Below are positions 1-9,444 of a stretch of 64,000 nucleotides of DNA, in pieces. This DNA comes from a virus. Location: positions 32,001-96,000 of the IMG/VR virus record IMGVR_UViG_3300021090_000723; one strand, given 5' to 3'. Position numbers and translations under genes: made by a program. The notes below the pieces were generated by a model. That model saw only the letters and a list, made by a program, of their open reading frames with translations. It had not been told where the DNA came from and did not search any database. Position 1 is the stretch's first letter. Each line of letters begins with the position of its first letter.

Positions 1-210
1 CTTCTCCAGCAGGTTCTTGACGTCGGACATGCACTCGCCGGATAGCTTGTCCTTCTCGTCCAACAGCCGGTTGTATTCGGCCGCATAGGCTTTCGCCGCG
101 GTCTTGCTGACCCCGACGTTCTTCCGGCGCTCGGACTTGGTCGCCGCCGCCTTTTTGGGAGCGGCAGGGGCCTTTCCATGGCCCTTACCGTTTGCTGCTT
201 TGCTTGCCAT
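1..210 (-). CDS. Partial ORF (runs off window); possible GapR/DUF2312-like nucleoid-associated protein
   Basis: Read manually from ATG at 210: MASKAANGKGHGKAPAAPKKAAATKSERRKNVGVSKTAAKAYAAEYNRLLDEKDKLSGECMSDVKNLLEK. The helix RLLDEKDKLS..DVKNL resembles the DUF2312 pattern RLEEEKK.I..DIK. GGAGGG RBS upstream. Confidence 0.45.
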   Translation of the reverse strand, partial: MASKAANGKGHGKAPAAPKKAAATKSERRKNVGVSKTAAKAYAAEYNRLLDEKDKLSGECMSDVKNLLEK

Positions 211-520
211 GCGTTTGGCCCTCCTTGGGCCCGTTCACCGCGTTGTTGAAAGCCCTGACGGCGGTGCGGCTTGCCGTTCGCTGGGCGATTGATTCTTGTG
301 GATGATTCTGACGCCAGGCTTCCAGGTGATCGCTGATCGTGACCGGCTCCGGCCCCAAAGCTTCCGTGACCAACTCGATCCGGAGCGCAACTTCAGGACG
401 GGGGAACGTGAGGCCCTTCTCGATTCTGTAGGTGTGACTGGGGCCTAGACCGAACAGTTCGCCCGCTTGGCGGAAGCTCAGTTCGTTCTTCTCGCGCCAG
501 CGAATCATCTGCATGCGCAC
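185..520 (-). CDS. XRE/Cro-like helix-turn-helix regulator
   Basis: WREKNELSFRQAGELFGLGPSHTYRIEKG..P is an HTH_3 pattern; divergent from the rightward early genes. Confidence 0.8.
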   Translation of the reverse strand: MRMQMIRWREKNELSFRQAGELFGLGPSHTYRIEKGLTFPRPEVALRIELVTEALGPEPVTISDHLEAWRQNHPQESIAQRTASRTAVRAFNNAVNGPKEGQTHGKQSSKR

Positions 521-574
521 GAGTCTATATGTTGCGGTGTTCTACAAACAGAAACGCCAGAGGCGCGTTCTTCT

Positions 575-603
575 TTGCAGGGCATGCGAAATCAGAGTAA
601 TGA
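575..603 (+). promoter_or_regulatory. Putative sigma70 promoter for the rightward early operon
   Basis: TTGCAG-17 nt-TAATGA in the divergent intergenic gap. Confidence 0.35.
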
Positions 604-632
604 TTCGCGTCACGAACTGAGGGGTTCAGCGC

Positions 633-797
633 ATGCCCGCGAGCCGTCGTAACTGCCGCCTTTGGCCGTTCACCACCATCGGAACCATCGTCTTTCTCGG
701 CGCCGCCGTGATCGTCGGCTACATGGGCTACTCGGCGTTCTGGTACATCGCCGCCAACCCGGATGAAGCCGCGCTGATGCTGGGGGCGCTCAAATGA
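633..797 (+). CDS. Small single-pass membrane protein (54 aa, not in ORF track)
   Basis: MPASRRNCRLWPFTTIGTIVFLGAAVIVGYMGYSAFWYIAANPDEAALMLGALK; GAGGGG RBS; stop overlaps next ATG (ATGA). Confidence 0.7.
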   Translation: MPASRRNCRLWPFTTIGTIVFLGAAVIVGYMGYSAFWYIAANPDEAALMLGALK

Positions 798-997
798 TGA
801 ACGAGCCAGCCGAGGGGCAGATATGGCGCGACAACGACAGGCGAAAGTTCCGCTTGGTCTACGTGATCTCGAACAGGGGTGGCTGGGTCCGCGTCTTCAC
901 CTGCGAAGAGGACGGCACCCAGAAGCGCGGCACCCGCGCCACTCACATCGCTGCTGACCGATTTATCGTGGACTTCACCTTTGCGAGGCAGAAATGA
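794..997 (+). CDS. Hypothetical protein
   Basis: ATGA-coupled on both sides; GQIWRD beta-rich small phage protein. Confidence 0.7.
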   Translation: MMNEPAEGQIWRDNDRRKFRLVYVISNRGGWVRVFTCEEDGTQKRGTRATHIAADRFIVDFTFARQK

Positions 998-1332
998 CCA
1001 ATGATCCCGTGCGGGTCCACCTGCTGAAAAGCTGGCCCGAATCGTTCGATGCGATCCTCTCCGGGGACAAGCCGTTCGATGTCCGGGTTGCCGATCGCGA
1101 CTATCAGGTGGGCGATTGGGTCAAGCTGCACAAATACGACCCGCAGCTGAAGGCCTACATGGGCGAGGTCTGCTACCGGCTGATCGGGTTCATGCAGCCC
1201 GTGATAATCGCCGAGGACACTTGGGAGGAGGGCATAGCGCACCGCTGGGATGTGCTGCATGAGCAAAGTGTCATCCTCGGCTACTCGTCCGGCGGCCATC
1301 CCGGCGACAACATCGTGATCGTCAGCCCATGA
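994..1332 (+). CDS. ASCH/DUF3850 domain protein
   Basis: HLLKSWPESFDAILSGDKPFDVRVADRDYQVGD.V.L..YDP matches the DUF3850/ASCH pattern. Confidence 0.8.
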   Translation: MTNDPVRVHLLKSWPESFDAILSGDKPFDVRVADRDYQVGDWVKLHKYDPQLKAYMGEVCYRLIGFMQPVIIAEDTWEEGIAHRWDVLHEQSVILGYSSGGHPGDNIVIVSP

Positions 1333-1532
1333 CAGGCGAAACCCCATACGACCTGGTCCTGGAGATCGCCGAACTGAAGGACACTCCGGCCGGGCAGGCC
1401 GCCTGCGAGACGGACCCGGCTCTCATGCTCAACACGATCATCGATCGAGCCAAGGCCGTGCTCAGAGGTGGCGGGCCGGCCCCGCCAACTGGCCGTGACT
1501 TCCATCGCGGGCGCGGCTTCGAGAACAGATGA
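1329..1532 (+). CDS. Hypothetical protein
   Basis: ATGA-coupled on both sides; phage-like codon usage. Confidence 0.65.
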   Translation: MTGETPYDLVLEIAELKDTPAGQAACETDPALMLNTIIDRAKAVLRGGGPAPPTGRDFHRGRGFENR

Positions 1533-2800
1533 CGGGGCACCTTCTCTTGATCGACGCCTCCGGCTTCGCCTATCGCGCCTACCACGCGATGTCCCCGCGG
1601 TTCCGGTCCGATGGTATGCCCACGCACGCCATCATCGGCTTCATGTCGCTGCTGTCCCGGATGATCGACCGCGCGGACAAGGACCCCTACCAACTCGCCG
1701 CGGCGGTGTTCGACGCGCCGGGCCCGACCTTCCGGCACAAGCTGTACCCCAAATACAAGGCGCAGCGCGTGCGGCCCGAGGATCTCAACCGGCAACTGCC
1801 CATCCTGCGCGAGGCCGCCCACGTCATGGGGTTCGAGCCGGTCGAACTCGACGGCTACGAGGCCGACGACATGATCGCGACCCTTGCCACCCTCGCCAAG
1901 GCGGCCAAGCTCCGGACCACCATCGTGTCGATCGACAAGGATTTCTGCCAGCTGGTGGAGGACGACGTGATCGAGATCGCCAACCCGGTCGAGCGGGTGC
2001 GCGTGCTCGAGTACGACGTGCTCCAGAAGTTCGGCGTGGCGCCGGACCTGGTCCCCGACGTTCAGGCGCTGTGCGGCGATGCCGTCGACAACATCCCCGG
2101 CGTGCCTGGCATCGGCCTCAAGACGGCGTCCGGCCTGATCCGCCGGTTTGGTTCGCTCGAAGGGCTCCGCAAGGCCCTCAGCCGGCCGACCGAGTGGACG
2201 GGGCGCACCCGGATTCGCGACTCCTTGCGGAAGGAAGCGCCGAACTTCCCGCTCTACCGGAAGCTGGTCACATTGAAGCGCAACGCGCCTTGGCCTGGTG
2301 AGATCCTATCCTTGCGGCCGCAGCACACGAGCGAGCCAGCGATCCGCGACATGCTCCGTCTGCTCGATGCTGGGGCGCTGTACGAGAGCATGTTCGAGCG
2401 CGGCGCGCGGCCGCCGCGCGTGGTCCAGGCCGATCCCGACCCCTATGCCTGGTGGAAGGAAGAACTGCTGGCCCGGGGGCAGGTGATCCCGCCCATCCCG
2501 CAATGCGGCTTCTACGAGCGGCGCCTGAACAAGTTCACCCAGCCGGTGGTGGCGCGCATCTGGCGCGAGCCCGAGCGCGACTTCATGACCGAGCAGCCGA
2601 CGGGCATGGACGTCCTGCGCTGCGAGGTCAACGGCGACCGCAAGGACCCCTACGATATGTGGGGCTATCTCTGCGCCAAGCCGATCACGCTCAAGGCCTA
2701 CGAGACCCGCAGCGGCACGCGCATCGAGACCATCAATTCCCCCGTCGATTTCACCAAACTCCCACCGCCGACCTTCGGCAGAAAGCGCAGCAAGACATGA
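1529..2800 (+). CDS. 5'-3' exonuclease/flap endonuclease (PolI N-terminal type) with C-terminal extension
   Basis: LLIDASGFAYRAYHA, FDAPGPTFRHKLYPKYKAQR, GYEADD, SIDKD, GDAVDNIPGVPGIGLKTA (H3TH). Confidence 0.92.
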   Translation: MTGHLLLIDASGFAYRAYHAMSPRFRSDGMPTHAIIGFMSLLSRMIDRADKDPYQLAAAVFDAPGPTFRHKLYPKYKAQRVRPEDLNRQLPILREAAHVMGFEPVELDGYEADDMIATLATLAKAAKLRTTIVSIDKDFCQLVEDDVIEIANPVERVRVLEYDVLQKFGVAPDLVPDVQALCGDAVDNIPGVPGIGLKTASGLIRRFGSLEGLRKALSRPTEWTGRTRIRDSLRKEAPNFPLYRKLVTLKRNAPWPGEILSLRPQHTSEPAIRDMLRLLDAGALYESMFERGARPPRVVQADPDPYAWWKEELLARGQVIPPIPQCGFYERRLNKFTQPVVARIWREPERDFMTEQPTGMDVLRCEVNGDRKDPYDMWGYLCAKPITLKAYETRSGTRIETINSPVDFTKLPPPTFGRKRSKT

Positions 2801-4299
2801 GCGACGAATTCGCCCGGTCCCCCAGCGTCAACCGTCAGCACAACAAGCCGCCGATCGAGGCGCCCACGCCGGTTGATGCTCAGGCCGATGTCAGGGAACG
2901 CTACCCCGATGTCGAGAAGCGCGCTGAAGAGCTTCTGGCCTCGGCCAAGCAGGTTCCGGAGCGCATCGAGGACGAGGCGACGGCCAAGGATGTCCAGACC
3001 CTGCTGCGCTCGATGACCGAAACTATGGGCGGCTGGAAGTCGCTGCGCACCAACGAGAAGGGCCCATGGCAGAAGGTCGCCGACACCGTCTATGCGTTCT
3101 TCACCACGCCGTTGGAGAAGGTCAAGAAGTCCCACGACGACATCAAGGCCCGCTACACCGCCTATCAGGAGATCGTCCGGGAGAAGGAGCGGCAGGCGCG
3201 GGAAGAGCGGGCCCAGAAAGAGCGGGATGAAGCCGCCAGGCTGCAAAAGGAGGCCGAGGAAGCGCGTGAGCGCCGGGAGAAGGCCGAGGCCGACGAGCGC
3301 GCGGCGCGTGAGCGCGAAGCCGAAGCCCAGCGCAAGGCCGCCGAGGCTGAGCAGCGTCGCATCGATGCCGACGCCGCGGCCGCACGGGCCAAAGCCGAAG
3401 CGGAACGCATCGCGCGCGAGAAGAAGGACCGTGACGACCGCGAGCGCCGGGTGCTGATGGACAACCTCTCGATGCTGCGCCGGCAGGCGACCCTGATCGA
3501 GCAGTTTATCGGCAAGGAAATCGCCGGCAAGATCGAGGAGGACGAACTGGTCCGGCTCGAAGACCTGCTCAGTCCCCATGGCTCGATGGCGCAGATGGCC
3601 GCGCCGATCCTGCGTGGGCTTGATCTCCTGGACGAAACCCAGCAGGCCGGGTTCAAGCTGATCCGGGAGCGGCGCTCGCTTCTGATCGCGGAGCGTGACA
3701 AGCGCATCGCCGACCACGTGGCCGAGGTCCGGCGCAAGGAGCAGGAAGAGGCCGACCGGCGCGAGGCCGATGCCGCCGAGGCACGCCGCAAAGAGCGGGA
3801 GGATGAAGAGGCCCGCCTTGAGACGGCCCGCCGTCAGCGTAAGGATGAGGAGGACAAGGCCGCCGCCGCCCGCCTCGATCAGAAGGCCGCCAAGGCAGAC
3901 GCGCGCGAGGCGAGGTCGGACGCGCGCGACGCCTATTCCGAGGGCAAGGACGCGGGCAAGACCGAGAAGGCCGCCGAAGCGATTGCCGAGAAGACCGACG
4001 CCAGGGCCGACCGGCTCCAGCGCTCGGCCGACGGCGCGACTGATGCCGACCTCACGCGGCTGCGGGGCGAGCACGGCACGGTCGGATCGCTGACCGCGCG
4101 CTGGACCGTTGCCGCCATCGACCACGACGTGGTCCCGCTGGAGAAGCTTCGCGGCTTCTTCATGGCCGACCACGTCGACGCGGCGATCTACCGCTACATG
4201 CGCGCCAACCAGGGCGAATGGGCGGGCAAGGAAATTGTGGATACCGCGCTTGAGGGCGTGATCTTCGAGCGGATTCCCGAGACCAGGATCAAGGGCTGA
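2797..4299 (+). CDS. Long coiled-coil phage protein in recombination module (500 aa, start MSDEF)
   Basis: ATGA overlap at 2797; E/R/A-rich helices; C-terminal W...D.....L..F....GV.F..I motif. Confidence 0.7.
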   Translation: MSDEFARSPSVNRQHNKPPIEAPTPVDAQADVRERYPDVEKRAEELLASAKQVPERIEDEATAKDVQTLLRSMTETMGGWKSLRTNEKGPWQKVADTVYAFFTTPLEKVKKSHDDIKARYTAYQEIVREKERQAREERAQKERDEAARLQKEAEEARERREKAEADERAAREREAEAQRKAAEAEQRRIDADAAAARAKAEAERIAREKKDRDDRERRVLMDNLSMLRRQATLIEQFIGKEIAGKIEEDELVRLEDLLSPHGSMAQMAAPILRGLDLLDETQQAGFKLIRERRSLLIAERDKRIADHVAEVRRKEQEEADRREADAAEARRKEREDEEARLETARRQRKDEEDKAAAARLDQKAAKADAREARSDARDAYSEGKDAGKTEKAAEAIAEKTDARADRLQRSADGATDADLTRLRGEHGTVGSLTARWTVAAIDHDVVPLEKLRGFFMADHVDAAIYRYMRANQGEWAGKEIVDTALEGVIFERIPETRIKG

Positions 4300-4586
4300 T
4301 GCCACACTATCTGGCGGAGTTCGAGTTCTACGACCGGGAACACACGGTCCACTCGACCAAGATCATGGTCGAGAGCCCCGACGATAAGGCCGTGGTCGAA
4401 GACATCCGCCGGTGGATGAAGCGCCGCCAGGAGTGCGTGCCTGAATGGTTCACGACCTATCTGGCGGTCAAGATCCACGGCTTCTTCATCGGGCGCGTGG
4501 ACGAGAAGGGCAGCATCGACCCGGGCATCCGCCACCGCGTCTACGAGTGGAAAATCGATCACGACACCAACCCCTACGGCACATAG
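4299..4586 (+). CDS. Hypothetical protein
   Basis: TGATG-coupled; normal codon usage. Confidence 0.65.
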   Translation: MPHYLAEFEFYDREHTVHSTKIMVESPDDKAVVEDIRRWMKRRQECVPEWFTTYLAVKIHGFFIGRVDEKGSIDPGIRHRVYEWKIDHDTNPYGT

Positions 4587-4594
4587 GAGCGACC

Positions 4595-5836
4595 ATGACG
4601 ACTGATCTTCCAGAAAATCTGCCCGCCATCACCAAGGCGGACTTGCAGGAGGTTGGATTCCCCGAGGGCATGCAGATGGCCGCGGGGCTTGCCGTCTTCC
4701 TGAACGACAGCCTCTTCAAGCGCTGCTCATCGATCGCGGTGCGCATGGCCAATGCGGCCAAGGAGGGCGTGCTCCCCAAGCATCTGGCCGACCGGCCGGC
4801 GGCGTGCTTTGCCATCATCAGCCGGGCCATCACCTGGAACCTCGATCCGTTCGCCGTCGCGCAATGCACCTATGAGACCCCGGGCGGGCGCATCGGGTAC
4901 GAGGGTAAGCTCGTCCAGGCCATCCTGGAGAACAGCGGTCACCTTGAGGGTGGCGTGCGCTACGAACACAGAGGCGATTGGAGCCAGGTCGAGGGCAAGT
5001 ACAAGATGATCGACAGCCAGAGGGGTGGAAAATACCCGAGCCCGACCTGGACGCCGGAGGACGCGAAGGGTCTTTCGGTTGTCGTCTCCGCCAAAGTGAA
5101 GGGCCGCGCCGAGGCTGAGACCCTGACCTTCAAACTGACGGAAGCCTTCCCGCTGAATTCACCGCTGTGGGCGACGGCGCCGCACCGGCAGATTTGCTAC
5201 ACGGCCGTGCGCGCGTTCGCGAACCTGTGCCTGCCCTCGATCCTCATGGGCGTACCATTCGACGTGGACCCGGTCTCGTTCTATGGCGACCCGATGCCGC
5301 CGACGACCGATATCACGCCGCGCAAGCCGGACGCGCCAGCGAAGGGCAATGAGTTCGACCGCTCGTCTCCGCGCAAGGACGCGGAGTTCAAGCCGGACGA
5401 GACGATCCCAGCGGGCAAGGCGGCCGACCCACCAGCCGTCCAGGAGACGCTCCAGCAGCAGGGCGAGCCCGCGCCCCAGGCCGAAACTCAGTCAACTGGA
5501 ACGCAGGAAACCCCGGCTCAAGTAAAGCCGATTCCCGAAACCCAGCCCCAGACCATCGTGGCCAAGGCCGAAATGGAGCCGCAGCCCGATCTGCTGGACG
5601 ATCCAGCCGCGCGGAAGCTGCAAGGCCTCAAGGACTACCTCGCGGATCTGATCGGGGGCGACCTCAAGAAGTGCAAGCACGTCCGCGACGTGACCGAGCT
5701 TTACAAATCCGAGGAGCACAACTTCACCGACCCGGAGCACAAGGCGCTTTTGGAGGAATGGGGCAAGTCCTGCAAGGCCAAGCAGCAGGAGATCATCGCC
5801 GCGGCCAATGCTCCGAAGGCCGGAGCCAAGAAGTAG
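4595..5836 (+). CDS. recT: RecT-family ssDNA annealing protein
   Basis: AGGAG RBS before ATG 4595; W.LDPFAVAQ.TY, GYEGKLVQA, LW...P..Q..Y.AVR.FA....P..LMGV motifs; low-complexity C-tail. Confidence 0.78.
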   Translation: MTTDLPENLPAITKADLQEVGFPEGMQMAAGLAVFLNDSLFKRCSSIAVRMANAAKEGVLPKHLADRPAACFAIISRAITWNLDPFAVAQCTYETPGGRIGYEGKLVQAILENSGHLEGGVRYEHRGDWSQVEGKYKMIDSQRGGKYPSPTWTPEDAKGLSVVVSAKVKGRAEAETLTFKLTEAFPLNSPLWATAPHRQICYTAVRAFANLCLPSILMGVPFDVDPVSFYGDPMPPTTDITPRKPDAPAKGNEFDRSSPRKDAEFKPDETIPAGKAADPPAVQETLQQQGEPAPQAETQSTGTQETPAQVKPIPETQPQTIVAKAEMEPQPDLLDDPAARKLQGLKDYLADLIGGDLKKCKHVRDVTELYKSEEHNFTDPEHKALLEEWGKSCKAKQQEIIAAANAPKAGAKK

Positions 5837-5839
5837 GCG

Positions 5840-6310
5840 ATGCCGACACTCTGGCTCAAACGCCGTCGCGGGCGTGCGCTCATGGAGTGGGCCGCCAAGG
5901 GCGGGAGCGCACTCGTGCCCTATGACGAATATGGCGAGGAAGAGATCAACGAGGTCCCGCTCGACCAGCCATGCCGCACGGTGCTGAACGTCTACAGCAG
6001 CGATCCCACCTTGCGCCGGCTCTTCCACGTGATCGTGGGCAAGGTGTCGAAGGGCACGGGGCGGAGCCGGGATGGCATCGTTGACGAACTGAAGGTGCGC
6101 GCCGGGCACTGCGAGACGTTCTTCATCGGCGAACACACGGTGAAGATGCCGAAATCGATCAGCGAGAAGAAGGGCTGCGACGAACTGAAGTTCCGGGAGT
6201 TCTTCGACGCGGCCATGGTCGCGCTCGCTGACGACCCCTTCAACATTGACCCTGCGGTGATCGAGGGCTGGATCGCCGAGGCCAGACAGAAGCGAGCACA
6301 AAGACGATGA
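5840..6310 (+). CDS. DUF1367/NinB-like recombination accessory protein
   Basis: LK..AGH.....PKSIS......F.EFF motif; follows RecT. Confidence 0.65.
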   Translation: MPTLWLKRRRGRALMEWAAKGGSALVPYDEYGEEEINEVPLDQPCRTVLNVYSSDPTLRRLFHVIVGKVSKGTGRSRDGIVDELKVRAGHCETFFIGEHTVKMPKSISEKKGCDELKFREFFDAAMVALADDPFNIDPAVIEGWIAEARQKRAQRR

Positions 6311-6687
6311 AACGACTGAGACACCGCACCGCCGATGAGGTTAAGCGTCTGATCGGCGCCCGCATCCGAGAGCGGCGCACGCTGGTAGAAATGACGCTGG
6401 AAAACCTATCGGAAATGATCGGTCTCTCCATGGGCCAGGTGGCGCGCTACGAGACCGGCGAGACGCCCGTGGACACCGTGACGCTGGTCCGGATCGCGCT
6501 CGCGCTGAACTGCTCGGTTGTCTCGCTGATGGCCGACTTCATGGAAGAACAACCGGCGCCAGCGCTGCCGCCCGACGTGATCGAGATCGCACACGCGGCG
6601 AACGCCATCAAGAACGGCGGGCTCCGCGGCGCGGTCAAGCAGCTGGCCGTCGGGCTCGCCAAGTGGGAACAGGCCAATGGGCGGTGA
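6307..6687 (+). CDS. XRE-family HTH transcriptional regulator
   Basis: IGARIRERR....MTLENLSEMIGLSMGQVARYETG...L..IA.AL. Confidence 0.88.
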   Translation: MKRLRHRTADEVKRLIGARIRERRTLVEMTLENLSEMIGLSMGQVARYETGETPVDTVTLVRIALALNCSVVSLMADFMEEQPAPALPPDVIEIAHAANAIKNGGLRGAVKQLAVGLAKWEQANGR

Positions 6688-6895
6688 GGACTACGTCGAG
6701 GTCGTCGTGGTGCTGAAGACGGTGCGGGAGAAGTCGATCCTCGTATCGGCGGCCGAGGACCGGACCGTTCAGGCCTGGATCGGGCGGAATTGCATCTATG
6801 GTCCGGACGAGCAGGGCCTGGGAAGGCTCCGCACGCCGCAAGAGACAACCATCCGCATGTTCCGCTGGGTGGCCGAGAAAGAGGGCCTGATATGA
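6677..6895 (+). CDS. Hypothetical protein
   Basis: Overlap-coupled; C-terminal W.AEKEGLI motif of small phage proteins. Confidence 0.7.
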   Translation: MGGEDYVEVVVVLKTVREKSILVSAAEDRTVQAWIGRNCIYGPDEQGLGRLRTPQETTIRMFRWVAEKEGLI

Positions 6896-7389
6896 TTAAG
6901 TGGACCGGCACTCGCAACGGCCGCCAGCTGCTCGGGATCGGTCTCGAGGAGGGCAACTTCAGGAAGCTCCGCGAGGGCATGCCCATCTTTGTCGATGGCA
7001 CCAAGATCAACCTGCCCATGGACCTCCTTATCCACTCTGGCCCTAGCAAGGAGGCGATGCTCACCGAGTTGAAGGCGCTGGGCGTGGAACTGCCGCCACT
7101 CCAGGACTGGATCGGGGCAGAGCACGTGGACCCCGGCGCCATGGTGCGGGAGGAAGAGCGCAACAAACACGCCCTCGCCAAGGACGAGATCATACAGATC
7201 CTGCCCGCCCATAAATGGGGCGGGTGCCTGGCGATCGTCAGCGAAGTCAAATCGTGGGGCGTGCTGGCCTATGTCACGGTCCCGGGCAGCGAAGGCATGC
7301 CGGCGGGCCACGCCCATATCCGGCTGGTCGCTGGCGACTTCGAGCGCATCGGGGCCAAGGCGACTTACATTCCAGCGGACGGCGGCTGA
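6892..7389 (+). CDS. Hypothetical protein (start MIKWTG)
   Basis: ATGA overlap at 6892; GC3-rich frame. Confidence 0.7.
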   Translation: MIKWTGTRNGRQLLGIGLEEGNFRKLREGMPIFVDGTKINLPMDLLIHSGPSKEAMLTELKALGVELPPLQDWIGAEHVDPGAMVREEERNKHALAKDEIIQILPAHKWGGCLAIVSEVKSWGVLAYVTVPGSEGMPAGHAHIRLVAGDFERIGAKATYIPADGG

Positions 7390-7601
7390 TGCAGTACCAC
7401 ATCAACGACTTCATCGAGATCATGAAGAGTCCCGCGCGCGTCGAGCAGTTCAAGCGCGATCACGCCGACGGCGAGCCCATCGAGCTATCGCTGGACGGCT
7501 ACAGCCTGGAAGAGCGCGAGCGCATCTGGACGCAACTGGCGGAAGGGTTTCGTCAACTGAACCCCGACCTGGTTGTGACCGACAAGAGGGGACGCGCGTG
7601 A
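7389..7601 (+). CDS. Hypothetical protein (start MQYHIN)
   Basis: TGATG overlap. Confidence 0.65.
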   Translation: MQYHINDFIEIMKSPARVEQFKRDHADGEPIELSLDGYSLEERERIWTQLAEGFRQLNPDLVVTDKRGRA

Positions 7602-7927
7602 CGATCGTCTACGCCAAGCACGAGCCGTGGGACCACAAGATCGGCGGCATCGTGGCCGACATGCGCCGCCTCGGCCCTCCGACGCTGCGCGCGGTCTACT
7701 ATGGCGGCTTCCACGCGCTTGAAGGATCGCACCGGCTCGCGGCCGCCCACTATCTGTGGCTCACCCCAACCCTGATTATCGAGCCACTGGACGCGCCCGA
7801 CGATGGACTGGCGGCGTTCTGGCTGAAGGCGCGCGATCGTCTGCCTTGGTACGACTTCCAGGGCTTGGTGGTCAGGTGGCCGATCGAAGATATGGGCGGC
7901 CGGTGGTATGGCAGCGCCGGCAGATGA
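7598..7927 (+). CDS. Minimal ParB/Srx-like domain protein
   Basis: GTG start after GAGGGG; ALEGSHRLAAA resembles the ParB-N DGxHRxxA motif. Confidence 0.55.
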   Translation: MTIVYAKHEPWDHKIGGIVADMRRLGPPTLRAVYYGGFHALEGSHRLAAAHYLWLTPTLIIEPLDAPDDGLAAFWLKARDRLPWYDFQGLVVRWPIEDMGGRWYGSAGR

Positions 7928-8567
7928 CCCCAAGGTCCGCGACCCCAGCCCCTGCATCGCCGCCGTCTTCGCGCAGCACCTGCCGCGCGTGGTGGGCAAA
8001 TGCCCATGGTGCGGGCTCGAACAGACCGACCGCACGCCGGTCAAGAAGCTGCTCAAGTTCATGCACAACGCCTGTCAGGCGGAGCTCGACGTCATCAAGA
8101 GTCCCGGCTATGCGCGTTGGCATGTCTGGAAGCGGGACCACGGGATCTGCGCGGAGTGCGGCGACGACTATTCGCAGATGTACCGGTTCGAGCCGGAGCA
8201 CCGCGATCGGATCACCAGGCTTCCCACGATCAGCTACGACATTCACGGCTGGAACACGAAGCACGAGGTCCGGATCGCCTACACCGCGCTCCGCGCCGTC
8301 TCGCTTTGGCACGTCGACCATAAGGTCCCGCTCTGGAAGGTCCGGCACATGCCGCCGCTCCAGCGCGTGGGATACTTCAAGCTCGCGAACCTGGTCACCC
8401 TGTGTGACCGGTGCCACGACAAGAAGACCCGCGAGGAGAACACCGACCGTGGGAAGTCCAAGCGCGCCGTCAAGCCGAAGGACAAGCCGAAAACGAAGTG
8501 GCCGAAGGGCCGGAGACTCCAGGGCCGCGGCTTCTCACGCGGCAAGCGTTCGATGAGAAGGCAATGA
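7908..8567 (+). CDS. HNH endonuclease with Zn-binding CxxC motifs
   Basis: CPWC, RDHGICAEC, VDHKVP, NLVTLCDRCHDKKT. Confidence 0.88.
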   Translation: MAAPADDPKVRDPSPCIAAVFAQHLPRVVGKCPWCGLEQTDRTPVKKLLKFMHNACQAELDVIKSPGYARWHVWKRDHGICAECGDDYSQMYRFEPEHRDRITRLPTISYDIHGWNTKHEVRIAYTALRAVSLWHVDHKVPLWKVRHMPPLQRVGYFKLANLVTLCDRCHDKKTREENTDRGKSKRAVKPKDKPKTKWPKGRRLQGRGFSRGKRSMRRQ

Positions 8568-8622
8568 GCCACCGCACCGTAGCAACCCCACACTTTAGAA
8601 ACCCAATGATTGCGAGCGAGCT

Positions 8623-9444
8623 ATGATAAAAGTCATCTACGGTGAAGGCTTTCCTGCCCGCTTCGAGGCGTCCACGTTCCCAGGCGGAGAACAGCACTTC
8701 CGGTTCAAGTATTTCGTGCAGCACCGGACCTGGGACATCCACACCGCGCTGACCTCGTCCGATGCCATCATGCAGCTGGCCATGGCTGTCGATGCCATCC
8801 GGCAACTCAACCCGCACGCGGATATCAAGCTCACCGCGCCCTATCTGCCCTACGCGCGCCAGGACCGCGTCTGCAATGATGGCGAGGCGCTGGCGCTCAA
8901 GGTCATGTGCCAGATGCTGAACGCGATGCGCTTCAGCGAGGTCGAGATCTGGGACGTTCACAGTCCGGTGTCGCTTGCGCTCCTCGATCGCGTCAGGAAC
9001 ATCCAGGCATCCCGCTTCGTCGATCGCATCGTCTACGAGGACCCGCTCAAGTATGTGCTCGTGGCGCCCGATGCTGGCGCGGTCAGCCGCGTTCGGGAGT
9101 GCGCCAAGCACCGGGGCATGGCCGTGGTGCGCGCGGACAAGATCAGGGACCCGAAGACGGGCGAGATCACCGATACCGTCGTCTATTCGGACCACATCGT
9201 GCACCACAACTTCCTGATCGTGGACGACATCTGCGATGGCGGCGCTACGTTCATCGCGCTGGCAAAGAAGCTCCGCCCACTGACGGACGGCGCCGTGTTG
9301 CTCTATGTGACGCACGGCATCTTCAGCAAGGGCCTGGAGGTCTTCCACGGCCTGATCGACCAGATTTACTGCCCGAACATTTGGCCGGGGGTCTCCATGT
9401 CGGGGAACGCCTCGGGGATTCTGTCACCCATAGGAGACGACTGA
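8623..9444 (+). CDS. prs: Ribose-phosphate pyrophosphokinase-like protein (likely Adps of NARP1)
   Basis: FPGGE, PYLPYARQDR, DVHS, APDAGA, IVDDICDGGATF, VTHGIFS. Confidence 0.9.
   Translation: MIKVIYGEGFPARFEASTFPGGEQHFRFKYFVQHRTWDIHTALTSSDAIMQLAMAVDAIRQLNPHADIKLTAPYLPYARQDRVCNDGEALALKVMCQMLNAMRFSEVEIWDVHSPVSLALLDRVRNIQASRFVDRIVYEDPLKYVLVAPDAGAVSRVRECAKHRGMAVVRADKIRDPKTGEITDTVVYSDHIVHHNFLIVDDICDGGATFIALAKKLRPLTDGAVLLYVTHGIFSKGLEVFHGLIDQIYCPNIWPGVSMSGNASGILSPIGDD

Noticed and set aside
2698-4305. 535-aa - strand ORF and similar antisense ORFs across the window
   Set aside because: Mirror of the coupled + strand gene; typical of high-GC DNA
8907-9443. N-terminal extensions given by the ORF track (Nampt from 8907, RecT from 4445, capsid from 58339, 44108-46216 as 702 aa)
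   Set aside because: They overlap upstream genes; RBS and stop-start coupling support the later starts used here
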